Source of the DNA: a virus
IMG/VR virus record: IMGVR_UViG_3300045988_009625
Coordinates: 1-57,728 of that record
Direction: 5' to 3' (one strand)
Length of the DNA: 57,728 nt
Part shown: positions 1 to 8,503 of the stretch, in pieces
Layout: each line of letters begins with the position of its first letter
Numbering within the stretch: position 1 is the first letter of the stretch
The notes under the pieces: generated by a model
Told to the model about the DNA's origin: nothing
Seen by the model: only the letters and a program-made list of their open reading frames with translations
The model's database searches: none
Position numbers and translations under genes: made by a program

Positions 1-533
1 GCGGAAATTACGCAAAGATAGGTTCAAGCGGAAATTACGCACAGATAGGTTCAAGCGGAGATTGCGCACAGATAGGTTCAAGTGGAGATTGCGCAAAGAT
101 AGGTTCAAGTGGAGATTCCGCACAGATAGGTTCAAGCGGAGATTCCGCACAGATAGGTTCAAGCGGAAATTACGCAAAGATAGGTTCAAGTGGAGATTCC
201 GCACAGATAGGTTCAAGCGGAGATTCCGCACAGATAGGTTCAAGCGGAGATTGCGCAAAGATAGGTTCAAGCGGAAATTACGCAAAGATAGGTTCAAGCG
301 GAAATTACGCACAGATAGGTTCAAGTGGAGATTGCGCAAAGATAGGTTCAAGTGGAGATTCCGCACAGATAGGTTCAAGCGGAGATTCCGCACAGATAGG
401 TTCAAGCGGAAATTACGCAAAGATAGGTTCAAGTGGAGATTCCGCACAGATAGGTTCAAGCGGAGATTGCGCACAGATAGGTTCAAGTGGAGATTCCGCA
501 CAGATAGGTTCAAGCGGAAATTACGCAAAGATA
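1..533 (+). repeat. 27-bp tandem repeat array (~19.7 copies; unit GGTTCAAGCGGAAATTACGCAAAGATA and close variants). In frame 3 it encodes the 9-aa repeat GSSG[DN][CSY]A[QK]I
   Basis: The unit recurs every 27 nt from nt 1 to ~533 with only a few variable positions. The same repeat is present at 57616-57728. Confidence 0.95.
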
Positions 534-773
534 ACATCCAAGGGTAAACATTCAGTTGTTATGGCAGCAGGGTATCAGTCGCAGGCAAAAGCTAAAAAAG
601 GTAGCTGGATAACACTTGCTGAATGGGTAAGAACGGATGATGAAGATAAAAAAGGCTTCTGCATTTGGATTCCTAAATGCGTTAAGACCGAATACGTTGA
701 CGGAGAGCGTATCAAGGAAGATACATTCTATAAACTGGTAGATGGCGAATTTAAAGAAGTGGAGGAAAACTAA
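1..773 (+). CDS. 3' part of the nonapeptide-repeat protein (5'-partial at the window edge; continuation of 57255-57728 if circular)
   Basis: Frame 3 is open from nt 3 to TAA 771-773. It has no ATG before 561, so the ORF track shows only 561-773. Repeats are followed by a unique C-terminal domain (...AGYQSQAKAKKGSWITLAEW...FYKLVDGEFKEVEEN). Confidence 0.8.
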   Translation, partial: GNYAKIGSSGNYAQIGSSGDCAQIGSSGDCAKIGSSGDSAQIGSSGDSAQIGSSGNYAKIGSSGDSAQIGSSGDSAQIGSSGDCAKIGSSGNYAKIGSSGNYAQIGSSGDCAKIGSSGDSAQIGSSGDSAQIGSSGNYAKIGSSGDSAQIGSSGDCAQIGSSGDSAQIGSSGNYAKITSKGKHSVVMAAGYQSQAKAKKGSWITLAEWVRTDDEDKKGFCIWIPKCVKTEYVDGERIKEDTFYKLVDGEFKEVEEN

Positions 774-775
774 TT

Positions 776-1879
776 ATGGCAGAAACAACAGCAGTGGCAG
801 AAAAGAAAGCATTTACAACATCATTAAGTGAATGGAGTAATGCTATGACAGGTCTTATTATTGACGATTATAAGGCTTGCGGAATGGATATGGACGATTA
901 CGCTAAAGAGTGTGCTATGGAAGCCATGACAAGCATTTTTAACCTTGTTAAGAGCAATCCTAAGGTTAATATGTGTAGCCTTGATACAAGCAATTTGAGA
1001 GGCATTGTTAAGCGTTGCGCAAGCCTTAAACTTAACGCAAGCGCATATCCGAGAGAATGTTATTTTCAGTTGAGGAATGTGAACATCGGAAAAGATGCCG
1101 ACGGAAAAGAAATTTGGCAGCAGCAGGTCGAAATGGGCATTGAGGGAAGCGGTTACGACTCTTTGCTTGCCAACTATGGAAAAGATGTTAAACAGGTATA
1201 TCCATATTGGGTAATTAAAGAGGGCGACAAGTACATACCGCCTAAGCATAAAGGACTTACAGTTACGGAGCCAGAGTGGGAAGAAAACGGATTATCTGAC
1301 AAGGCGGTAAGGGTTGTATATCCTGTTAAGTTGTTAGATGGAACAGTAACATATCTTTCTGCTGATAGAGACAGCGTTAAGGTAAACCTCTTATCTCACG
1401 TAAAGCAGAATATGTTGAATGCTACATTTGGAATTATTACAGGTACTAAAAAACAGTATGGGAAAGAAGTTGCAAGAACTAGATATGATGCAACGCCGGA
1501 AGAAAAGGCAAAAATTAAAGAGAAAAAGGAAGAAGTTCTCAATTCCTTAAGAGCGTGCAAGACAGTAGATGAAATGCTTGAATGTGAGCTTGCTAGACCG
1601 TTCATCAGCGATGCTTGGCTTGACACGCCAGAGAGCATGATTCAAAGAAAAATGTGCAACAACGCTACAAGAAAATACCCTAAGAACTATGACCCTATGG
1701 CAAGACAGGCACAGATTGAAATGGATGAGGTATATCAAGTTGCACAGGCTGAAATTGCTGAAAATGCTAATACTGTTGAATTTATAGAAGATAAGGCAGA
1801 TGCAGTTGACACCACGGCAACAGAAGCAACCGAAGAACAGACAGAAGGCAGCACATTGCCACCATTTATGCAGGAGTAG
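776..1879 (+). CDS. RecT/Red-beta-like single-strand annealing protein (putative)
   Basis: 367 aa. The central block ...VEMGIEGSGYDSLLANYG... resembles the RecT core. It sits with genes for an MBL-fold nuclease, SSB and a Rad50-like ATPase. ATG lies 3 nt after the upstream stop. Confidence 0.5.
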   Translation: MAETTAVAEKKAFTTSLSEWSNAMTGLIIDDYKACGMDMDDYAKECAMEAMTSIFNLVKSNPKVNMCSLDTSNLRGIVKRCASLKLNASAYPRECYFQLRNVNIGKDADGKEIWQQQVEMGIEGSGYDSLLANYGKDVKQVYPYWVIKEGDKYIPPKHKGLTVTEPEWEENGLSDKAVRVVYPVKLLDGTVTYLSADRDSVKVNLLSHVKQNMLNATFGIITGTKKQYGKEVARTRYDATPEEKAKIKEKKEEVLNSLRACKTVDEMLECELARPFISDAWLDTPESMIQRKMCNNATRKYPKNYDPMARQAQIEMDEVYQVAQAEIAENANTVEFIEDKADAVDTTATEATEEQTEGSTLPPFMQE

Positions 1880-1882
1880 CCT

Positions 1883-2197
1883 ATGAATAATCCATGTAGA
1901 AAATGTGAGTTTTGCTTTGCCTATAAAAATCGACACTATCCTTCATATAACGAGGCTTGTAGATTATGCGATAAGCGTAAGAAGTATGAGGAATACAAGT
2001 TAAGCAAGCGAATGTTTGTGGCAGGAGATGTAATTACTACTCTTGGCGAATTATTAGAGCAGGAATGGGTTGTATGGCAAGGAATGACAAAGCATATAGA
2101 AGTTATAAAACATCTTCAGTTTAAATGCGTTATAGGATTGATTGAGGGCGGATATTTGAGAAAAGCTGTCAGAAAGGAGTTCTATGAGAATAATTAG
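1883..2197 (+). CDS. hypothetical protein, N-terminal Cys cluster (CRKCEFC...CRLC)
   Basis: 104-aa ORF, tightly packed after the upstream gene. Confidence 0.6.
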   Translation: MNNPCRKCEFCFAYKNRHYPSYNEACRLCDKRKKYEEYKLSKRMFVAGDVITTLGELLEQEWVVWQGMTKHIEVIKHLQFKCVIGLIEGGYLRKAVRKEFYENN

Positions 2198-2549
2198 TCA
2201 AGATGGAACAATAGATGTTCCTTATGAAATGGTAGCTATTCAGAGATTCAGAAATGCTATTTATTTTTTGAACCGTAATTTAACAGGAGTAGAAAAACTG
2301 ATTAATGACATTACGTTGGCTGAATATTCCACCGAAGCAAAGGCAATTAAGGCTATGGAAATGCTTAGAGAAGCATATGCTGGAAAGCAAATATTAAATA
2401 TAGATGAACTTCCTAGCTTAACACCACGGGGTTTCAGAGGAAAATTAGAAACTGGCGATATTTTGCTTTGCAATAAACCAAGCGTAGATGTCAGTTTTTC
2501 AAACAATTACTGTTTCCATTTCCCGAAAGATGATGAGGTGGAAGTATGA
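2184..2549 (+). CDS. hypothetical protein
   Basis: 121-aa ORF overlapping the upstream stop by 14 nt (operon-style packing). Confidence 0.6.
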   Translation: MRIISQDGTIDVPYEMVAIQRFRNAIYFLNRNLTGVEKLINDITLAEYSTEAKAIKAMEMLREAYAGKQILNIDELPSLTPRGFRGKLETGDILLCNKPSVDVSFSNNYCFHFPKDDEVEV

Positions 2550-2585
2550 CGGATTTAGTTAAATGGAAAGTCGAGGGCATTAAGG

Positions 2586-2756
2586 ATGCGGCTTCAAGAA
2601 GCTATTAAGCAAAATCCGTACTGCGAAGACAAAGGAAGCATAGGTGCTTACATAAGGTATCTTAGATACAATGTTGATAATTGGTACTGCAAACAATCTG
2701 CTGAACTAAGACCTATTGTCGTGGAAATAATAAAAAAACAAGGAGGAACTGAATGA
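2586..2756 (+). CDS. hypothetical small protein (56 aa; below the ORF-track cutoff)
   Basis: ATG 2586 is preceded by GAGGG at 8-nt spacing. The stop overlaps the next start (ATGA at 2753-2756). It fills an otherwise empty 200-nt gap. Confidence 0.4.
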   Translation: MRLQEAIKQNPYCEDKGSIGAYIRYLRYNVDNWYCKQSAELRPIVVEIIKKQGGTE

Positions 2757-3502
2757 TGCAGCTCAAATGCTTGGCAAGTGGTAGTAGTGGCAACTGCTAT
2801 CTGTTGCAGGCAGATAACAGAGAAACACTTATCCTTGATTGCGGAATACCGATTAAGGAGATTAAGAAAGGTTTAGATTGGAACATTAAAGGTATTGTGG
2901 GTGTGTTATGCACCCATAAACACCTTGACCACAGCAAGTCGGTAAAAGATTTTGAAACTATGGGAATACGAATATCCACCCCACATATACAATACGCAAA
3001 GCATGAGGGCATGCATCGTTATCATACGATACCATTTGGCAGTTTTAAAGCTAAGGCGTTTGACCTAACAACAGTAGATGGCAGATGGACACATACAGAC
3101 GCAAATGGCGAACCTTGCCCGATATATGGCTTTCTGATAACCCACAAGGAAATGGGGAGAATGCTTTACATAACGGATTGTGAAGTTATTAAGTGGAAAT
3201 TTAAGGACATAAACCACATTCTCTTAGGTGTGAACTATGACAAGGGTTTAGTTGACACCGACAATCCGAAGGCTGATCACGTTTTCAGAGGTCATTTATC
3301 CATTGACACAGCTTGCGATTTTGTTAAGGCTAACGATTCAGACAGCCTACAGAATGTCATAATGTGCCATTTATCAAGTGAAAATGCTGATAAGGATAGT
3401 TTTATTGCCAAGATGAAAAATGCCGTAAATGGGGCGAATGTGGACGTTGCGGAACAGGGCAAGAGTTGGATTTTGCAAAATCCAAACAGTTGTCCGTTTT
3501 AG
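2753..3502 (+). CDS. metallo-beta-lactamase-fold hydrolase/nuclease
   Basis: HxHxDH motif (THKHLDHS), a later His/Asp-containing segment (RGHLSID), 249 aa. Common partner of phage annealing proteins. Confidence 0.8.
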   Translation: MMQLKCLASGSSGNCYLLQADNRETLILDCGIPIKEIKKGLDWNIKGIVGVLCTHKHLDHSKSVKDFETMGIRISTPHIQYAKHEGMHRYHTIPFGSFKAKAFDLTTVDGRWTHTDANGEPCPIYGFLITHKEMGRMLYITDCEVIKWKFKDINHILLGVNYDKGLVDTDNPKADHVFRGHLSIDTACDFVKANDSDSLQNVIMCHLSSENADKDSFIAKMKNAVNGANVDVAEQGKSWILQNPNSCPF

Positions 3503-3514
3503 AAAGGAGATTAT

Positions 3515-4132
3515 ATGAGTTGTAGTAGCTTATATGGAATTAAAGCTGATTATACAGGTGAAATACTTTGTGAGTATAAAAATTCTTGGTGGTTTAGTCC
3601 TATTGTATGGAGTGTACTTTCGGACAAGACACTCCCTAAAGTTATGGGATATATTCAAAGTGTTATTGGAATACACGGTGCAGATGTTTGGAAGAAAATA
3701 AATACAAAAATGAACAATTCCACAAATACATCAGACCGAATTTGCTGGGAATTAAGCAATCAGCAGATTTTCTTTACAAAAGACAAAGATTGTATTGCTT
3801 ACAATATCCGCAAATTTATTGAACAGAATAAGGGCTATGATAAATCTGATGAGGATAATTTATCAGTGTTAGAAAGAGAACATATTATTGAAAGGTTTAA
3901 CGAAATTGCAGATGACATATCCGCTTTAGACGAGAAAGAATATCCTTATTTTGTTTTTAAGAATACTTCTGTTGATGATAGTGTGGAATCTTGGTTCAGT
4001 GTTTATGATGAAGAAACAGATGATTATGTTGATAAATCAATAAAAGATTGGGATAAGTTCTTAGCTGAATTTGTAATCATTGAGAATGAACAAATCAAGA
4101 ATTTTATTTCAAATAGAGATTTTCAATATTAA
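3515..4132 (+). CDS. hypothetical protein
   Basis: 205-aa ORF with RBS AAAGGAG upstream. Confidence 0.65.
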   Translation: MSCSSLYGIKADYTGEILCEYKNSWWFSPIVWSVLSDKTLPKVMGYIQSVIGIHGADVWKKINTKMNNSTNTSDRICWELSNQQIFFTKDKDCIAYNIRKFIEQNKGYDKSDEDNLSVLEREHIIERFNEIADDISALDEKEYPYFVFKNTSVDDSVESWFSVYDEETDDYVDKSIKDWDKFLAEFVIIENEQIKNFISNRDFQY

Positions 4133-4193
4133 ATTTCGAGGTGCGGCGAACAATTAAGAAAATTATTGCCCTGTGTGGCAGAAAGGAGTAGGA

Positions 4194-4688
4194 ATGGAGA
4201 GATTAACAGAAGTTACAATCGAAGACGGAGTGAAACTTTACGACATATCTAGTGAGTTATGTTTATCAAAGACAACTCACGGAGAAAAGATAGCTACAAT
4301 TTTGAAAAAACTTGCTGGCTATGAGGACTTAGAAGAACAGGGCAGACTTATAAAGTTGCCTTGCAAGGTGGGAGATACAGTATATGTAGATAACACAATA
4401 CTCCCAATAGAGGATATGGAGTGTTACGAGGACATTGATAATAAGATTCCATTATATTTTCCGGCACGAGTTGTTTCATTCCGCTTTGCAAAAAGAAACT
4501 GGATGAAGATTGCTGTTAAGGCAAAATGGTTACATGAATGGATTGACGATGAGACCGGACCAGAAAGCGATTACATAGAGTGTGAGAAAAATTTTACAAT
4601 CTTATTGTCAATGATTGGCAAAACAGTATTTCTCACAAAATCCGAAGCAGAAGCAAAACTGAAAGAATTGAGAGGTAACGATGAATAA
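4194..4688 (+). CDS. hypothetical protein
   Basis: ORF track starts at GTG 4173. ATG 4194 has GAAAGGAG upstream and is preferred. Confidence 0.6.
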   Translation: MERLTEVTIEDGVKLYDISSELCLSKTTHGEKIATILKKLAGYEDLEEQGRLIKLPCKVGDTVYVDNTILPIEDMECYEDIDNKIPLYFPARVVSFRFAKRNWMKIAVKAKWLHEWIDDETGPESDYIECEKNFTILLSMIGKTVFLTKSEAEAKLKELRGNDE

Positions 4689-5052
4689 GAGAAAATCAAT
4701 ATCTAAAAGTATAAGAACATCTGTATATCTCATGTATAACGGACATTGTGCTTATTGTGGCACAGAAATAGATTACAAAGATATGCAGGTAGACCATGCA
4801 ACACCACTCAGGATAGGTGGAGCAGACGACATTTCAAATTACATGCCAGCTTGTAGGAGCTGCAATCACTATAAAGCCACTTTAGATGTCGAGGGATTTA
4901 GAAAGTATCTTTCAGAAATATATAAAAGGCTTATGCGTGACAGCATACCTTATCAAGTGGCGGAGCGGTTTGGAATCGTGAAACATGTGTCGAACGATGT
5001 GAAATTCTATTTTGAAGAATTGAGAGGTGGAGAAAATGAAAGTAGTAATTGA
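4681..5052 (+). CDS. HNH endonuclease
   Basis: CAYCG...VDHATPLRIGGADDISNYMPACRSCNHYK contains the H-N-H core and Cys pairs. Confidence 0.85.
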   Translation: MNKRKSISKSIRTSVYLMYNGHCAYCGTEIDYKDMQVDHATPLRIGGADDISNYMPACRSCNHYKATLDVEGFRKYLSEIYKRLMRDSIPYQVAERFGIVKHVSNDVKFYFEELRGGENESSN

Positions 5053-5416
5053 CATACCTAACGATTTCACAGGAGACTATATTGTTGACAAATTTAAAGA
5101 TTTCTTTTCAAGGGTTATTGCGGATATTGATTGCAAAGGTATGTGTGGCAGATACGAGAAGGAAATTGTTAAAATGTTTTTAAAGGCATTTGATGATAGT
5201 GAAGAAAAGGTTTCTTGTAACTGCAAGCATAACAGCAATCCAAGAGATAATGAGCCTTGTTGCAGATGCGATAACAGAATGACTAACGCTGGCAGAATAA
5301 GGAATATGTCAGATGAAGAGTTAGCGGAATTTCTTGTCGGATTTAAAAACACATTCGGTGAAGAATACGAGGGAGAAGCTAGTTGTATGGAGTGGCTTCA
5401 ATCAGAAGCAGAATAG
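5036..5416 (+). CDS. hypothetical protein (Cys-rich centre)
   Basis: ATG 5036 follows GAGGTGG. The track starts at GTG 5027. Confidence 0.6.
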   Translation: MKVVIDIPNDFTGDYIVDKFKDFFSRVIADIDCKGMCGRYEKEIVKMFLKAFDDSEEKVSCNCKHNSNPRDNEPCCRCDNRMTNAGRIRNMSDEELAEFLVGFKNTFGEEYEGEASCMEWLQSEAE

Positions 5417-5427
5417 GAGGGCGAACA

Positions 5428-5709
5428 ATGAGATTGATAGACGCAGACAAATTATTAAAACTGATAAAAGACCAGAAAGAAAGAGAGATAGGAGCATACG
5501 CAAAAGGCATAAATGCTGGTCTGAATATTGTAAAGGGTATTATCAATGATGAAACACAAACTCCAACCGCTTATGATGTAGATGAGGTTGTGGAACAATT
5601 AAAAACGGACTCTTTAGTAAAACTATATGGAAGCGGTAACAGTGATAATTATCTCATTCCTGTTAAAAGAGCAATCGAAATAGTAAAGGCAGGTGGAATA
5701 GATGGCTAA
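5428..5709 (+). CDS. hypothetical protein of the 'MRLIDAD...VKAGG' type (paralog of 10209-10481)
   Basis: ATG 5428 follows AGGAGG. Shares MRLIDAD, PTAYDVD and a C-terminal IVKAGG with the 10209 gene. Confidence 0.7.
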   Translation: MRLIDADKLLKLIKDQKEREIGAYAKGINAGLNIVKGIINDETQTPTAYDVDEVVEQLKTDSLVKLYGSGNSDNYLIPVKRAIEIVKAGGIDG

Positions 5710-5962
5710 GATATTAAATAAATGCCCTATTTGTGGTGCAAGATTAGAATACTCGGATTTAATGCAGTTTTCTAAAGATTATCAGATTAAATTAAATGGT
5801 AGATTGTCTAAAAATTCTAAAAAGAGCGATGTATCTCCTATGGAATGTGGATTTATAAGTTGTACCTCTTGCGATTTCCATACTAACTGTGATTTAGAGT
5901 GCGAAGAAAACCACGATATAAAAATATACCAGGAGAATGGAGTGTATATGTATGAAGATTAA
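5702..5962 (+). CDS. zinc-ribbon protein
   Basis: CPICG...CTSC pairs, 86 aa. Confidence 0.6.
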   Translation: MAKILNKCPICGARLEYSDLMQFSKDYQIKLNGRLSKNSKKSDVSPMECGFISCTSCDFHTNCDLECEENHDIKIYQENGVYMYED

Positions 5963-6382
5963 CGATAGATATTTGTTTAAGGCAAAGAGAGTTGATAACG
6001 GAGAATGGGTTACAGGCTCTTTAATTACTTGCGAAGATGGAACATGCAAGATTGCGACAAGTTTGTTAGAGGGCAAAGCCGATGAACCAATACTTGTATG
6101 TGCTTATGATGTTGACCGAGATACAATCTGCCAGTGCACAGGCTCAAAAGATAAGAATGGCAAGCTGATTTGGGAGAATGATATTGCTAGTTATTCCGAT
6201 TTAATCACAAGTGATAAAAAACAATTTGCATTGAATGGAACAAAATACAAGCGTCATTTGTTAGAAAATATAGAAGTCCTATGGGTTTGCAATATCTTTA
6301 TCTTGACGAATATATAGCAAGTAGAATGGAAGTTATCGGCAACATATTTGACAATCCAGAGTTATTAGAAAGTGAGGAATAG
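5952..6382 (+). CDS. YopX-family protein, reading frame broken (-1) at an A6 run (6216-6221)
   Basis: The N-terminal part (frame 0) has ...ICQCTGSKDKNGKLIWENDI. The YopX-like C-terminus ...CIEWNK...MEVIGNIFDNPELLESEE is in frame 2, open from 6218 to TAG 6380-6382. Confidence 0.65.
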
Positions 6383-6384
6383 TA

Positions 6385-6558
6385 ATGAATTATATTTTAT
6401 CAATTTTATTATTTGTACTTATTGAGCTAGTTATCTCTTTGGTAGAAAGCTTTGTTATATCATGGATAGCTTGTATATTAGGTATTAACATAGCATTTAA
6501 GATAATTTTATTTGTGGTATTTATTATAAATTTGTTTTTGCCTGCAAAAGGAAAGTAA
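6385..6558 (+). CDS. small hydrophobic membrane protein (57 aa)
   Basis: MNYILSILLFVLIELVISLVESFVISWIACILGINIAFKIILFVVFIINLFLPAKGK. Two predicted TM helices. Not in the ORF track (<60 aa). Confidence 0.5.
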   Translation: MNYILSILLFVLIELVISLVESFVISWIACILGINIAFKIILFVVFIINLFLPAKGK

Positions 6559-6570
6559 GGAGGAAAAGTA

Positions 6571-6999
6571 ATGAATCGTGTAATTTTATGTGGAAGATTG
6601 ACAAGAGAACCAGAGGTTAGATATTCGCAGACAGCAAACGGAAGTATGGCAGTTGCAAGATATACATTAGCTGTTGACAGAGCTTTTAAGAAAGAGGGCG
6701 AACAGGCAGCAGACTTTATTAATTGTATTGCATTTGGCAAGAATGGAGAGTTTGCAGAGAAGTATCTTCATCAAGGCACTAAGATTATCGTTGAGGGCAG
6801 ATGGCAGACAGGCAACTATACTAACAAGGACGGGCAGAAAGTTTACACTAATGATTGTGTTGTTGAAAGACACGAGTTCTGCGAAAGCCGTACTAATCAG
6901 CAGAGTGGTAACAATGGAATTATGGGCGGTAACAGTAGTAATGACAGCTTTATGTCAATCCCAGATGGTGTAGCAGACGAGGGATTACCATTTAATTAA
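6571..6999 (+). CDS. ssb: single-stranded DNA-binding protein
   Basis: MNRVILCGRLTREPEVRY... OB-fold N-terminus, Gly/Asn/Gln-rich linker and an acidic tail ending DEGLPFN. Confidence 0.92.
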   Translation: MNRVILCGRLTREPEVRYSQTANGSMAVARYTLAVDRAFKKEGEQAADFINCIAFGKNGEFAEKYLHQGTKIIVEGRWQTGNYTNKDGQKVYTNDCVVERHEFCESRTNQQSGNNGIMGGNSSNDSFMSIPDGVADEGLPFN

Positions 7000-7010
7000 G
7001 AGGTGTGAGT

Positions 7011-7409
7011 ATGACAGAGAATGAAGCAATTAAAGAGTTTCAGCAGAATATTGATATGCCATTTGGAAGTAACATATCAAGAGAAGCGTCTGAACTTGCA
7101 ATACAGGCACTTGAAACAATCAAGAAGCTATCTGACCGCAAAATGACAACAGAAGTCCTTGAAAACTATATGCAGTTTGAAGATGAATGTGTAAAGAAAG
7201 GTTTTACATTTAAGAGTGTGATTGAAGCTAGAGAAAAGCAGATAGCTAAGAAACCGACATATGAGGGTGATGGATATGATTACTGCCCGAGCTGTGGTCA
7301 AAAATTAGATTTAGACAGGGATGAACAACCAACAGCTTTTAGTATGGGAGCTAAACTTATTGATAATTTTGTGAATCCGTTTGAAATAAAGGCAGGTGGA
7401 AATTCTTGA
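7011..7409 (+). CDS. hypothetical protein (CPSCG motif)
   Basis: ATG 7011 follows AAGAGG. The C-terminus EIKAGGNS is encoded by the shared junction box. Confidence 0.6.
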   Translation: MTENEAIKEFQQNIDMPFGSNISREASELAIQALETIKKLSDRKMTTEVLENYMQFEDECVKKGFTFKSVIEAREKQIAKKPTYEGDGYDYCPSCGQKLDLDRDEQPTAFSMGAKLIDNFVNPFEIKAGGNS

Positions 7410-8002
7410 ATTATCAGAACATAGCGAGAGCCAAGGCAATAGAACAGGAAAATAAAAAGCGACTATTGAAGCTGAATCCAAAGTTGAATGACAGGAGTGG
7501 GATATACTTCCTACTCCGAGAAGATGAAAACGACTTTAAGTTTGCTTATGTCGGACAGGCGATACATACACTTAGTAGATTGGCAAGCCACCTTGTAGGC
7601 TATGAACAGCACATAGACCTTAGCCTACGAAAACATAAGCTATATTCAGAGGATAATCCGTATGGTTGGCGAGTTGAATTTCTGAATTTCCCCGAAAGTC
7701 AGCTTGACGAGAAAGAGAAGTACTACATCAAACTGTATGCTGACAATGGTTATCAGCTTAGAAATGTTAGCATTGGCGGTCAAGGAGAAAATCGTGCTAG
7801 TGGTTCAATAGGCGAGAGAAAAGCACCTAAAGGCTATTTGCAAGGCATACAGCAAGGCAGAAAGAATCTTGCAAGGGAATTATCCAATATTGCAGAAAAG
7901 CACCTTAAAATCGAATTGAGAGAAGATAAGGCTAACAACAAGGTGTCGCAGAAGCAGTATGAGAAGTTTATGGATTTATTGAAAGTGGGTGATACAGAAT
8001 GA
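7406..8002 (+). CDS. GIY-YIG domain nuclease
   Basis: GIYFL...YVGQA...R...H...EKEKYYIKLY...GYQLRN. TTG start 6 nt after AGGTGG. Confidence 0.75.
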   Translation: MNYQNIARAKAIEQENKKRLLKLNPKLNDRSGIYFLLREDENDFKFAYVGQAIHTLSRLASHLVGYEQHIDLSLRKHKLYSEDNPYGWRVEFLNFPESQLDEKEKYYIKLYADNGYQLRNVSIGGQGENRASGSIGERKAPKGYLQGIQQGRKNLARELSNIAEKHLKIELREDKANNKVSQKQYEKFMDLLKVGDTE

Positions 8003-8262
8003 GAATTTTGAGCAGTAAAGATTATTCTTGGCTTATGGGTCGAATAGAAACTCTTTCCAATGAAAATGAAAGATTACAGATGAAAGTTGATGAAATAACA
8101 AAAGAACAGCCTAACGATTGTAAAAGTAATGAGGGAAGTCACTTTTGTAACATTTGCGAGTTTGGCTATTTGAGAGTAAGAAATTCAATTGGAACAGATA
8201 TTTATGCTTGCAGTAAAACAGTGCCTTGTGAGGATTTTGAGAGAAAGGAAGTTGGAGAATGA
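7999..8262 (+). CDS. hypothetical protein
   Basis: 87-aa ORF with ATGA overlap to the upstream stop. Confidence 0.6.
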   Translation: MRILSSKDYSWLMGRIETLSNENERLQMKVDEITKEQPNDCKSNEGSHFCNICEFGYLRVRNSIGTDIYACSKTVPCEDFERKEVGE

Positions 8263-8438
8263 AGATTGATGAAAACACAATAAATCACAACGCCGTAAGG
8301 TTGATTGACGACATAGTAACTGACTTTGTGGACAATAATGTTATCGAATGTGATGGCGGCTACAAAACAATCACTATAGGCTATATCAAGGGTATCTGTG
8401 ATATAGCTAATGCAATGAAAGAAGTTTTGAAAAACTAA
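8259..8438 (+). CDS. hypothetical small protein (59 aa)
   Basis: ATG 8259 overlaps the upstream TGA. Fills a gap. Not in the track. Confidence 0.45.
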   Translation: MKIDENTINHNAVRLIDDIVTDFVDNNVIECDGGYKTITIGYIKGICDIANAMKEVLKN

Positions 8439-8503
8439 GAAAAATCTAAGAAAGGAATAGGTTGTGCGCACATAAAACCGAGGTTTCCTTTTGGTAAGAG
8501 CAA

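Noticed and set aside
1-533. Considered whether the regular 27-bp repeats could be a CRISPR array.
   Set aside because: The repeats are directly abutting with no spacers, they are in frame within a coding sequence, and no cas genes are present.
62-547. 161-aa ORF from the track with a striking DRFK[WR][RK][LF]R[TK] repeat (Arg/Lys-rich).
   Set aside because: It is the wrong reading frame of the 27-bp tandem repeat. Frame 3 (GSSG[DN][CSY]A[QK]I) is continuous with a real N-terminal domain at 57255 and a real C-terminal domain ending at 773. This frame has no RBS and no partner domains.
5334-5549. 71-aa basic ORF in an alternative frame across the 5036-5416 / 5428-5709 junction.
   Set aside because: It overlaps two better-supported genes, has no RBS, and has an Arg/Lys-rich composition typical of an off-frame reading.
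6390-6740. 116-aa minus-strand ORF overlapping the ssb start.
   Set aside because: It is antisense to a 57-aa membrane ORF and to ssb. The + strand genes have an RBS and recognisable products.
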